The translations under genes and the position numbers were made by a program. DNA of 56,073 bases, counting the filler, from Basidiobolus ranarum (Eukaryota), in assembly GCA_040143965.1 (NCBI GenBank). It is 6 parts of 6 records of this genome, joined end to end, with 100 filler letters (N's around TTAATTAATTAA, not from the genome) between each part and the next. Parts side by side here need not be neighbours in the genome. Positions count along the whole stretch, not along the records: positions 9,378 to 18,650 come from JASJQH010007724.1; positions 18,751 to 28,013 come from JASJQH010007725.1; 4 more parts are not named here. One strand, given 5' to 3'. Under the pieces are notes generated by a model. That model was not told where the DNA came from. It saw nothing but the letters and a program-made list of their open reading frames with translations, and did no database searches. Shown here piece after piece: positions 13,473 through 24,889 of this stretch (the first letter of the stretch is position 1; every line of letters starts with the position of its first letter).

Positions 13473-13711
13473 GGAGCTATAATGATTATTTCTGCAACAA
13501 CTTCATGTATAAATATCCTATTCTCAACAAGATCGGAGCGGAAGTAACGATGCTACTGCAAAGCTATCGTTCTTGTAATATCTTGAAACCTGGTGCTATA
13601 ATGATTATTTCTACAACAACTTCATGTATAAATATCCTATTCTTAACAAGATCGGAGCGGAAGTAACGATGCTACTGCAAAGCTATCGGTTTTGTAATAT
13701 CTTGAAACCTG
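13473..13711 (+). repeat. Tandem duplication, ~119-bp unit x2
   Basis: GCTATAATGATTATTTCT...AACAAGATCGGAGCGGAAGTAACGATGCTACTGCAAAGCTATCG...TTGAAACCTG is repeated with few mismatches. Confidence 0.9.
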
Positions 13712-13918
13712 TATTACATTAATCTGGGGGTATCAAACCTTAGGTAGATTTTTTATTACGCCATATTGCTTCAGAAATAACTGCCCCTTTCATTTTTTGA
13801 ACATTTGAATAGCAGGATTATATATAGATGTTTCAGATGTGATGGCAACGATCGCATGAAGGACTTGTTATAAATATCTAGATAAATCTATCCAGTTGCG
13901 TTATCAACCATATTCATC

Positions 13919-14632
13919 ATGCAGTTGAAGTCTTTCCTATCCTGCGCACTCTTTGCTGGAGCTTTAGCTGTAGTCCATGGTGGTGGATATGGTGGTCAGA
14001 ATAGCAAGCCTCAACTGCCTGATGGATGCGTACCAAGCGATGACTACGGTGGTTATGAATGCACCTCTGTGACAGAAGGTACCTGGACCACTGATACTTC
14101 AGATTATGGATCTGATAGCAATCCTAAGCCTGTGCCATACAAAAAGGAATGCAAGCTACCTAAAAGGATTGCCTTGCGTGGAGACACTGATAAATATCTT
14201 GGTCGGTGTCGCGGTTGTGCTCCATATTCTACCAATCCTGATAATGCCTTTGTACATGGGTATTCAGATCCAAACCAAGCGAGTTACCTTCAGTGGGAAG
14301 TGACAGAGTTAGGGAATGGTAAGATTGCTCTTCGTTCTGATACAGGAAACTATATGGGCCGATGCCATACTTGCTACAAACAAGAGGTTCATTACGACTC
14401 TGCCTCTGTTCATGTTAAACCACAGGACTTACCTAATAGCCCATGGGCGCATTGGACTCTTAACTGTGTTGATGATAATCATATCACGCTCCAAGCCGAC
14501 ACAGGTAACTATCTCAGTCGATGCCGAAATTGTATCAGCGGTGCAACTTATCCGGACTCGGCCTTTGTTCATAACAATGACCCTAAGGCTGCTTATGCCA
14601 TTTGGCAGTGGACTGAGTTAGGCAAATACTGA
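13919..14632 (+). CDS. Secreted fascin-like (actin-crosslinking fold) beta-trefoil protein with three RCxxC repeats; intronless, 237 aa
   Basis: Signal peptide MQLKSFLSCALFAGALAVVHG. Three repeats I(A/T)L(R/Q)xDT(G/D)xY(L/M)xRCxxC...A(F/S)VH...W. TATAAATA at 13869. Confidence 0.8.
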   Translation: MQLKSFLSCALFAGALAVVHGGGYGGQNSKPQLPDGCVPSDDYGGYECTSVTEGTWTTDTSDYGSDSNPKPVPYKKECKLPKRIALRGDTDKYLGRCRGCAPYSTNPDNAFVHGYSDPNQASYLQWEVTELGNGKIALRSDTGNYMGRCHTCYKQEVHYDSASVHVKPQDLPNSPWAHWTLNCVDDNHITLQADTGNYLSRCRNCISGATYPDSAFVHNNDPKAAYAIWQWTELGKY

Positions 14633-15269
14633 TACGCTGTTTGATGAATACAATTAAAGGCAGAAGCAATATTTGCTGAGTATTCTGGTAGAGTTCAATA
14701 AAATGCAGAAGCGATATTTGCTGAGAGTTATTTCAGATTCATAATAACTAGCTGATTGAGTCATTGTTACTAGTAAAGGAATGTACTTCAAACACTCTTA
14801 TTGGTAGTGAAAGTAAACTAGAATTTTGATACAGCACAAGCATACATCATAATATTCATATCAACTGATTATAAATACATTGAGCCAAATGAGCTGTTTG
14901 GTAGCTGTATCAAAGCAATATGTATTTATCGTGCAATATTAGCCTTGGCAAATATTTATCTAGTGGCATTCAAAAATCTACATATCTTTGCACTAACTTG
15001 CACCTCTATATGACTCGGCAATGATATAATTTCTGCCACTTTTGCTCTCTTGGCAAGAGTGCAGAATTTTAGTGATTTGATTAGTCAAAATTTGTTTGGG
15101 TTACGATCATTCCAGTTAGAGTGCACTTTTTCTTAGGGCTATGGTTGGAGATGTTGCTTGATAAATACCTCAATATCGTCCAGCAGATAGTGCATCACCA
15201 CAACATCCGGCGCACTGCCTTCATGTGGATGAATTATCCACACCAGTACAGGTTGCCTGCAGTCAAGCA

Positions 15270-15670
15270 TCGATTATAACTACCGAATTTACCTTTTGTA
15301 AGTGTCTGGGAAATTTTGTTAACTTTTAGTTGCGGTGCAAATGTATTCTTCCCAACCAGTATTACTCGGCAAGATTACAAAGAATTTTGGAAGTATTTGT
15401 CGACATATGGGATAGCTCACGCGATATTACTAACTAGCTCTTTTGCAGAATGGGTATATTTTACTAAGCTTAAGTAAGCTAAGATCATTGATATTAACCG
15501 TGGAGGCACTCAATTCAACATTGCTCCAAAATCTGTTACTTCAAAATATGGGAGTCATATTCAATGGGAAGGTGAGTACTATATTCTTAGAAATGGAAAG
15601 GTATCCATTGGCCATCTAATTGCAGATACTCGGATATATTTACTTAACAAGCAAGGAGAGCTGGTGCCAC
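15270..15670 (+). pseudogene. Decayed NRPS adenylation-domain fragments
   Basis: Remnants SVWEIL, GG, YG..., VSIGHLIADTRIYLLNKQGELVP, with broken frames. Confidence 0.45.
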
Positions 15671-15719
15671 TTTTGAGTTCTAGGGCCATTGAAAGGTGAC
15701 GATGAGAAAAAGGAAATGA

Positions 15720-17029
15720 AACTCTGACATCTCGATACTCTTTTTAACAAACCCATCATTCTTTTCTGCCAGAAAGATTACCATGAACTCACTTCTTTGG
15801 CCCCAAATTTGAATGTTCAACCGGTTGACAATTTCAAAGCCCGAGAGAGGCTTGATGCTAATGCAGATTTTACTGAACTCGAATCGCTGAATTTAAGCAG
15901 TCACAGCACCGCAAACGAAGTAGCTATTCTATTACTCACCTCAGGCTCTACAAGAAATTCAAAAGCTGTCGACCATACCAACGTAAATGTGCCTTGATTG
16001 TATGATTTATCAAGTAGATTTCTATTGTATAGATACAAAGCAAGAACACTTTAATTTAGCCAAAGTAAGGGGAGAGTTGTGATTCGGAATTACCTTGAGT
16101 TTTTTACTAATTAATGTTTTCCATTATAGAATTGGCTAGTCATCAGAATTATGCAGCATCCAACTATTTGAGCACTTGCAACACACTTGGATGAATCCAA
16201 ATCGAATACCACTGGAGGTTTACCCAACCAGAACTATGATCTAGTTGTGCCGCTACAAGTAACGGGATCAGGTGTGCCCATATTCTTTGTCCATCCTGGT
16301 GTAGGTGAAGTCCTTATCTTTGTCAACTTGTCCAAGTATTTTGTGAATGAACGTCAATTTTACGCATGTAGAGCTCGAGGTTTTGATGAAATCAATGGAA
16401 GAAATGGCCGATATCTATACTGCAGCCATTCGTAAAACTCAACTGGAAGGTCGCTACGCTTGGGTGGATATTCTTACGGTGGTGTGGTAGAATAAGAAAT
16501 TGCCAAAAGATTAGAAGCTCAGAACCAACGAGTAGCTTTTGTCGGGCTAGTACACATTCCGCCTCACATCAAGCCAAGAATGGTTGAACTAAATCGGACT
16601 GAAGGATTCTTGAATTGATCTTACTTCTTAGGCCTTATCACTAAAGAAGAGGCCAATCTTCACACCTTGGATCGCGCAGAATAAATCAATTATGTCAGGT
16701 CAAAAGCATCCCCCGATAGAATCAAGGAGTTGGAGATTGATCATATTCAACTAGAAAAATGGGTTGACATCGCGGAGTCTTTGCTCAAATGTGGTCGTAA
16801 TTATGAACGCAGTGGCAATGTAGAGCAAGTATCAGTATTTTATGCCATACCTCTAGCAGGAAAGAAGGAATATTGGTTAAACGGGATGCTTAAAGGATGG
16901 GATGGATTCTCTCGCAAGGCTAACAATTATATCGATGTCCCTGGTGCCCATTACACGCTTATGAATCATCGCTACGTTCCTTCGTTCCAGAAGTACCTCT
17001 GCACAGAACTAAGGCGATCAGGAATTTGA
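15720..17029 (+). pseudogene. NRPS-like A-T-TE enzyme pseudogene (quinone/furanone synthetase type)
   Basis: A3-like AILLLTSGSTRNSKAV, a T-domain tail MQHPTI*ALATHL, and TE motifs VVPLQVTGSGVPIFFVHPGVGEVLIFVNL, GGYSYGGVV and DVPGAHYTLM. There are in-frame stops, frameshifts and a large internal deletion of the A domain. Confidence 0.8.
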
Positions 17030-17198
17030 CCTTATTTTCCCTTTATGTATACATATCATAGAATGGAAAGTGGGTAATAAAGTGTCGGTATTCCTTTTTT
17101 CTTGATTAAGCACCCTTACCGCGACATCACAGGAGGCGTCGAATTTACTATTGGGTATCAAAGTACATTTACCAGAGCTACCATTCAAATCTGCATCT

Positions 17199-17295
17199 AA
17201 GTGACTGGTTAAATTCAATTCAGTGGAAGTGGAAGTGACTGGTTAAATTTAGTTCAGTGGAAGTGACTGGTTAAATTTAGTTCAGTGGAAGTGAC
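17199..17295 (+). repeat. Minisatellite, ~28-bp unit x3
   Basis: AAGTGACTGGTTAAATT(C/T)A(A/G)TTCAGTGG in tandem copies. Confidence 0.9.
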
Positions 17296-17326
17296 GTTGT
17301 TCCTATTTATTTCCACTCTTGATATG

Positions 17327-17408
17327 TTCGAATACCTTTATCTGATTCTGACATTGGTTTGTCTATTTCGAATACCTTTATCTGATTCTGACATTGGTTT
17401 GTCTATTT
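17327..17408 (+). repeat. Perfect tandem duplication, 40-bp unit x2
   Basis: TTCGAATACCTTTATCTGATTCTGACATTGGTTTGTCTAT occurs twice. Confidence 0.92.
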
Positions 17409-17594
17409 GGATAATTTGTAAAGTAATATATTACCTTATTGTCGTCACCTAATAAAACTGTAGCAAACTTAAGACTAACCCTATTAGTAGCTTTTGTCGG
17501 GCAAGCTAATGAAGAATAGTAAGTAGATCTGGTCAAGACAACGGTTGTGAATCTAATGTACGTGTGAATCTAGTGTATTTGCATCATAGATCAT

Positions 17595-17660
17595 AAAAAA
17601 ACCGTAACAAAGAATCGAACTTGCGTCATGAACCATCAAATGCTACCAAGATGAGCTATC
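17595..17660 (-). other. tRNA-derived Pol III-type unit (A box, B box, T7 terminator); tRNA pseudogene or SINE head
   Basis: The minus strand reads GATAGCTCATCTTGGTAGC...AAGTTCGATTCTT...GGTTTTTTT. Confidence 0.5.
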
Positions 17661-18650
17661 AAAATCTTCACCCTTAGTTGAGACAGTGCGCTAGAGACAG
17701 TACTTTGTATCACCATCTCTACGTCAATAATGCATGTAGGTAATCAGAACAAGTAAATCTATGGCTCGCCATTATAGCATACATGTAATATATGACTCAG
17801 TGTTCTCAAATATGTCGACGTTGCATCTTTTAGTTTTTATATTAAGTGCCATAGAGTTGTTTCTAAATTGATGCAGCATTCAATTTCTGTCAATGAGCAC
17901 ACTAGAATTGGATTTTAATCAATTAAACTTAAACAGAGATTGCGTATAGCTTATTTATACTTAATCAAGTATGAACAAAATAGGTGATAGCGTAATCAAG
18001 ATTCAAGATTATGCATGCGCAATAAAAAAGATAATATCAGACTAAGCAAATGGTTATATAATATTTTGAAATCCCTTTTTTGCATTCTTTTTCCATTGGT
18101 TTTTTACCACGAGTTCTTACACTTGTCAACCTTCCTCTGTTACTCGGCTGTATCAATATTAACACTAGGCTCCAGAAGACAACATCCTCGACATGAATCG
18201 AAACCATCAGCAATGTCCAGCTACTCAAGCCTCCACCCAACTAGTCCCTCAGAAACTTAGGTTACAGATGCCACTCTACCCGTCTGATAAAGTCATTAAT
18301 AAGCGCTATCCAAAGGTGGCAATTTGCAGACATGATAAACTGGTGGTTTTCAATATGATTTATGGTAATTCAAGTTTTAATTTAAAATTTTTAGCATCAT
18401 CTATTTACACCAAATGCACCTTAGCCTTTAAAAATATTGCCTCGTGTAACGAAAACCAACAACTGCCTTCAAAGTTTAATATATTTCATTTAAAGACTTG
18501 GGTAATGGTTATTTCATGATCTTTGCAAAAGACTCATACTACGTGTTTTCAAGCAGTCGCTTGTCACATGCGCACAGGAATGGCATTTTGGAACGTAGAT
18601 ATTCATTTCATAGTCAATTACTTGAATGGCAGTAAACGTTATATATAAGC

Positions 18651-18750
18651 NNNNNNNNNNNNNNNNNNNNNNNNNNNNNNNNNNNNNNNNNNNNTTAATT
18701 AATTAANNNNNNNNNNNNNNNNNNNNNNNNNNNNNNNNNNNNNNNNNNNN
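18651..18750. other. Artificial contig linker
   Basis: N44-TTAATTAATTAA-N44. Confidence 0.99.
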
Positions 18751-18944
18751 ATCTATATAAGCACCATGTATTTCTTGATCAGACCTCAGTCTGATCAATG
18801 CCAGTTATCAATAAAGATTCTTGCCAAAGTATCTTCCTTGTCCAGTCTTGTCTTGTCTTGTCTTGTGGTCTACACCTAAGTACTCTCCTGCCTTCTAGCC
18901 TCTTGACATTGTTTCCAGTCCTTGTCCAGTTCCTTATTGTGACA
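18751..18944 (+). repeat. Probable 3' part of an LTR
   Basis: TATATAA, AATAAA and a pyrimidine-rich U5-like tract ending ...TGTGACA; CpG-poor. No second copy in the window. Confidence 0.4.
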
Positions 18945-20633
18945 CATTGCCTACTATTGAACAATCCCCTGTAGAAAGTTTGGATAGAATTTTTACAACA
19001 AGGGAATTACAGGCAGAATACCATCATGATTTGTATGCAATCATAAGTAAAAGCTACAAAGTTGCTATACATGCCATGACAAGCAATAATGCCACAATAT
19101 TGAAATTAATGTAGCATTTGGAAGCAACAAGTCAACAGTTAGAGAGTCACTCAACAATGATACAAGACCTTCAGAATGCTGTACTTGAGATACAGCAACA
19201 TGCTGCTCCCTCTATCCCTTCTCATATGGGATTTCAATCATTCCTGTATCATACATATGAATGTCACTATGAAAATCTAGCAGAGCAAAATATGTGCTAG
19301 AAAATTAATCCTACACAACAACCTAAAGTTGCTTGGGCACCTGAAAGTAGAAATCTAATTGGAAAACCAGCAAACCAAAAGACTCCAAATGGCAGTGCTG
19401 CCATCACTTGCTCTGATGATGAGTGGTTTAAAATTTTGGAAATTGTGTGGAATCTTGTCCAAGATCATCTTGCATTGAGCCAATCATGGAAAAACCAAAA
19501 ACCAGGCAATACTCTGAAGGTTCTTGACTTATTTCATGTGGCTTATCCTGGGTTTCTGTAAGCAAATGGCAATTGGGCCAGTATAGGCCTACTCATGAAA
19601 CATCTTAAACATGTACACAATCAGTGACTTGGAAAAGAAAGAAAGGCAGCTAAAGAAGTACTAAGGAGCAAGAAGTTAGTAAACCCAAGGGAAAAGCAAA
19701 GGAGCCAGTGAGTCTAGGCTCCACTGTCCTACTTACCAAATTCTCCATGCCATTACAAAGATCTGCATTTCCAGAGTCAGATATACTGGTAAAAATACTT
19801 AATTTCACCATGGAACCAGGTACACCAGTTGGAAGAGTGCTAAATTCAGAAGTTTATCCAACACCTGGTATCTCTCAACAAGCCAAAACACCAGCAAATA
19901 AAACTCACAGCTCTCCAATATCAACCGGCACTTTTCAAAGTATTGAAATTAGCCTCAAACTTAAAGGCAAGCAAAAAGCCAAATAAACACTGCAAAGTAC
20001 CCTTATTAATGTCACACCACAAGGATGTATACAAGTAGTAAAAGTGCTTGTGCAGTATTTTCTAAATATGAAGGAAAGAATGCAGTGCAAGTATGCAGAA
20101 AGTGGCTTCAGAAGAAGAACATTCAACTTGACATTTGGTCTGGTGTTGACCATGCAGATATCTGGGAAGAACTTAATACAGAGTGGCACAATATTGTAGT
20201 GCATCCACCAGAGAGCTGGAAGAATTTTGATTCAGCAACATTGATATCATGGTGGGCTTTGATGGAGATGTTGATACAAACTTGTGTTGGATATGAGCTA
20301 AACATTGGGTATGAAGAACTCTATAAAAATATTCAGCAAAATATAGCAAAGAAACTTGGGATTTTAAAGGTGAAAAATTAGCATTCAAGTGGTAAATGTG
20401 AAAAGTTTGAGTTACATTTTTTGCACATATGTTGATCCATAGTTCTCTGATATTGTAGCCAATTGTGTGCAACTATTTTACAAGATCTTGAAATTTCACT
20501 CTCAAGACTGAAAAAAAATGATTAAAATCAAATCTAACTTGATGATTCTATGATGGTAAGTGACAGTCAATCCAAAATGGATTAGAATTGTGATGGTTTT
20601 CCTACAATAACAATCCTCAAATTTTTGTTAGGA
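18945..20633 (+). mobile_element. Right half of the CACTA-like transposon with a degenerate accessory ORF region
   Basis: Broken ORFs at 19076-20381. ~19530-19879 matches ~37020-37370 and ~20235-20633 matches 9378-9771. Ends TTTTGTTAGGA. Confidence 0.65.
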
Positions 20634-21176
20634 CAAGTTACCAATTAGCCTTCAAAGTTTCTACTACTTACTACTGTTGGAGAGGACCTGTATATGGCAT
20701 TCACTAGCATATATCTATGTTAAGTGCCATATATCTGGTGGCAAACAATAGTTATCTATAAATGAAGTCCTGGATTGTACAATTGATGGTAGTATGCCAC
20801 GATGTTGCTATTTATTAACAGAACTTTTAATATAGCTTCCACAACTTTACTGACCTAGTTCTACTTCAAAAGGAATAAAAGTCCTTCAAACAGCAAGAAG
20901 TTGGATAAGTCTTTTGGTATTCTGAAAATGCTGCCAATTATGCAAACCAACTGCTAAACTCTCTAAGATGAGAAATTTATTAGAGGTGCTTATATATTTA
21001 ATGTTGAAGTATTAAGTACTGGGTAGCATTCAGGAACCCTTTTAATATTCTTGCAAGTACAGCAAATATACAAATCTGCTCAGTTGTTTGGCAACCTCAC
21101 CGCCTGTTGCTACATAAATCCTATGTGCTCATGAGATAAATATTATCAGTTTGAAGACTGAGAATAAAGATTTCTA

Positions 21177-21514
21177 TGTTGAAATTAGCATTACCTAAGC
21201 ACCTAAATAGTCAAATATAGCGTAGTATTTAGTTATCCCATAGTTCACTCAGATATCACCCATTATTCCCAATTGGAATTTACTTAAAATACATATACCT
21301 ATCTAGATATCCTGAGATAAATATATTTTTCACAAAAGACCCAAAATTTGCACACATGTTCCTGGGACCTTCCTTGACTCACTCTACATGTTCACTTTTT
21401 ACATCTTAACAAAACTCCAAATGTCAACTTTCTATGCATTAAATCAATACATCAAAACCACTAATTTATCCATTTCTGCAAACACTTCCAACAGGCTCCC
21501 AAAATACAGTAGCA
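21177..21514 (+). repeat. Solo copia LTR (family B)
   Basis: Starts TGTTGAAATTAGCATTACCTAA and is colinear with 34581-34927. Confidence 0.8.
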
Positions 21515-22841
21515 TTCTTTTTGATATTTATTAGATTTTGGAAGTTGTCTAATAAATATAGGTGCAAAGTGTGATCAAGAATCAACTTCTACTTCCTAAA
21601 AATGCTAAAGTTCCACCATTCAATTCATTTATGCTCTAATAAGATGGCCTTGTACTATTTTAATGTAACTCCAGTGTATGCAAAAAATACTTGTATTCAA
21701 TATTGCTATATTTCCAATCAATAGTATGACATTCACCAATTATTGGAAATTTAAAATTCATCCATTGATGCCTAATTGAAATGAGTTAAAAGCAGGAATA
21801 TTGAAAGTAACAATGAAGATCGCTGCAATTATCGAATTCAGAGCAGGTATAAGAGTGGAGTAAAACATGTGTTTTACAAATTTTCTAGGTAAATATTTGG
21901 TTAATTGATATATACAACCCAACTAAAAGTGCGATTTTTTCAATTGATCATATTTGCATAATAAGTGAAAATCCCTTAAATATGATATATATAGAGATAA
22001 GGATAAGAATAATGAGCATGGTAAAATTCCACAAATAGCCAATCAGAGTTAGAGTACTATTTCGTTCAATTGAGTTCGTGACTAAGATTCACCACAATTA
22101 TTGGTGTATAAATGGCTTATGAGATTGGAGAGAACTATAAGATATAGCTGAATGACGTTTCCGGTGAGAAATCAGTAAAATGGTTGAAACTTGCTATTTG
22201 TACAAAGAATGCTACAGGATCCATTTAGATATTGAGATATTGGTAGTCATCAACTTGCATTTAGCAATTACCATAACTGAGCACAAAGCGATTTGAAATT
22301 AATTAAGCATCTTGGCGCATTCACCGCTTTCACTGGGTTATGCGAACTCTGTGACTATAAAAAATTAGGCCAGTTGTGTAAGCAACCAATTACAGCAACT
22401 GATTTTCTTACGTCATTGTAGCAATACTAAGATATTGCAATGATGCTAACGATCAAGGTTTGAGTTTAACTTATGGCAATTACTTAATTTACCTAGGCCA
22501 TTATCAGTGTGTTAGATCACGTGAGGTTGTTGAAAACCACTCAAATTGGTAATACAATTAACAATGGCGCTCTGTCGCTATAGCATCGATACAGTCATGC
22601 AGAATACAGGTATTAACAAGTTGGCCCTCACTATAGGTCAATAAGTGTGTCTGCTTAATATTGACTAATATACATCATCGCGATGTGTCACTAATTCAAG
22701 ATTGGCGTTAGAGTGCGCGTCAATTAATATCAGGGAACTGTTATTACTGCAGAATATCTGCCCAACAATATGCCCAAGCTACCAGGTCAAAGGATAGAAG
22801 ACATTGAATTTATTTCCATAATTCATTCACAATATATACAA

Positions 22842-23147
22842 TCAGTGCTGGCCACCGAGAAAATCTTTGGCCTTGTTAAGCAAGCCACCTACGTTTCCGG
22901 AGTTTTGCTGTGCAGGAGCATCATTCTTGAAGTCTACAGCGTTTGGAATCCCATCATGATCCTTATCTCCAGTAAGGCCTTGAGTGTTGCTATCGGTAGA
23001 GTCAATAAGGTCAGGTATGCCATCGTTGTCCCGATCCTTCCAGATACCCGTGTTGTTGTTTTTCGTGTCAATAGCATTGGGGATGCCATCGTTATCTCTG
23101 TCGCCGGTGGCGTTGTATAAGTCGTAAGCTTTCTTTGCTGAATCCAT
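22842..23147 (-). CDS. Small protein (101 aa) with three DxDxDG (thrombospondin type-3-like, putative Ca2+-binding) repeats
   Basis: MDSAKKAYDLY...DRDNDGIPNAID...DRDNDGIPDLID...DKDHDGIPNAVD. ATG in ACCATGG context; no signal peptide. Confidence 0.75.
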   Translation of the reverse strand: MDSAKKAYDLYNATGDRDNDGIPNAIDTKNNNTGIWKDRDNDGIPDLIDSTDSNTQGLTGDKDHDGIPNAVDFKNDAPAQQNSGNVGGLLNKAKDFLGGQH

Positions 23148-24070
23148 GGTGAAGATAATACTGTTTGACAAGCAGAGCAATCCTACTTAAATACTATTTA
23201 GCAGTTAAATGAAAGATGACTGTTCCATAGGCAAATTCCTCTTTACACGTAATCGCTTTCTAACTCAGACTGCTCATATCTCATACCACTAGCCCTAAGC
23301 CTTCCACTTCACTAGCGTCATCAATTAACGCTTGGCAATAAACTGGTTTCTTGGGATGATTAGTACATCGTGATCTCATCTTAGCTGTAATGCATTCATG
23401 ACATCATAACCAATTATCACTGCAGAAGAGAGTTGGCATCAATTGAGGATATTTATTAAATTCCCATAGTTAAATCATCACATCGAGTGAGCGGGTTCGG
23501 AGTAACAGGGCGGGGGAGTTTTCAACAACTGCTATGCATGGCTTTATTACTAGATATGTAACTTACCGGTGGACTATCTAGAGCGCAGCTAAAATTTCAA
23601 ACCTCGGTAGAATCATCATCATTAATTTATTCCATATATTGAAGGTGACACGAAATATGGCTACATCTGAAGTACAGGAATCTCTGGAGGGATGAAACCA
23701 ATCAATGGTAAATATACTACTTTCCATTGATTGTACTCCATCGTAACTTTACACAAAAGAAATTAACCAAGAACATCGAGGCCATTCAATCGGAACAACT
23801 TTTTCACGAAAGAAAAAGAAGATCTACCAATATTTTAGTATTACCCAAGTGGCGCTGAGGCTACGATTGTAGCAATGCCTACTTACAATAATAAAATAAT
23901 ATCCTTCGGTTAAGAGGTGAATGGATTCTTCCGGTATGTTGGCTTGAGATCTCCCATATAAGAGAGGAGTAAGTGAATACGAAAGAGTGTATACCTTCCC
24001 TCTCTGAAGCTTCTCTCTTGACGAGATATCTAGTTTCAACAACTTTAAACAACCGAATTACTCATTTGAA

Positions 24071-24889
24071 ATGATCAACGCTCGTGTATTGACCATTGCC
24101 TTATCGGCTCTACTCGTTTTCATCGCTCTTGCTGAAGCCCACTCATGGGTGGATTGTATGGACTGGAAATTCAAGAATTCCAAGAAGAAGAGCTTCGATG
24201 ATAATGCTGGTTACTGCAACGGTTTCGCTCGTCGCTTCCCGGTGAAGCAGAAGAGTGGTAAATATGTCGGGCAATATGCCTTTGGATCCCTCGATTCTAC
24301 TGGCGCTAGTCGTCACTACAAGCAAAGTGAAAAAAGTCCAGGTAAGTCCAAATAATTTAGTTTCTATAGTTCTCTACTACTGAAATTGTAAAATACACTC
24401 ATTTCAATGAATTTGTTTATTTACATTCTTTTTGGTACAGATTCCTGGCCTGCTTGTTCTACTGGTAAACGTCGTAGTAATGATGAAGAAGTTGGTACCG
24501 ATGAGACTCGTGCCAATCCTGTAACCAAAGCCTATGGCAACAAATGGGGACCTATGACTGTTGTCAAAGCTGGACAACAACTTTGTGTTCGCTGGCCTGC
24601 CAAGAACCACAAGAATGAACCCAAAAACATTGTGTACCTCAACATGCCTCCCTCTCCCACCTCAAAGGACCCTACTCAAAAGCAATTGAATAAATGGAAC
24701 ATTGCCAAACTCCAATATGGCAACTGCTTCGGTGGTGGCTCTGACAAGGCCCGTTGTGGTGGCTGCTTCAATATTCCCAAGGACCGCAAGCCTGGAGACT
24801 ATCTTATTCAATGGAGATGGATGCTCAAGGGTGATGATGGCAAGGGTGAATGGTACACTTCTTGCTCTGATGTTCGTGTTAAGAAATAA
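24071..24889 (+). CDS. Secreted His1 protein, candidate LPMO-like copper enzyme (paralog 1); exons 24071-24341 and 24441-24889, 239 aa
   Basis: 23-aa signal peptide ending AEA|HSWVDC. Contains WPAKNH and FNIPKDRKPGDYLIQWRW...GEWYTSCSDV. The GTAAGT...TACAG intron joins in frame. Confidence 0.85.

Noticed and set aside
17199-17408. Short direct repeats that could suggest a CRISPR array
   Set aside because: The units are contiguous with no unique spacers, there are no cas genes, and the context is eukaryotic.
22770-23120. 116-aa hydrophobic plus-strand ORF
   Set aside because: Antisense shadow of the DxDxDG-repeat gene.
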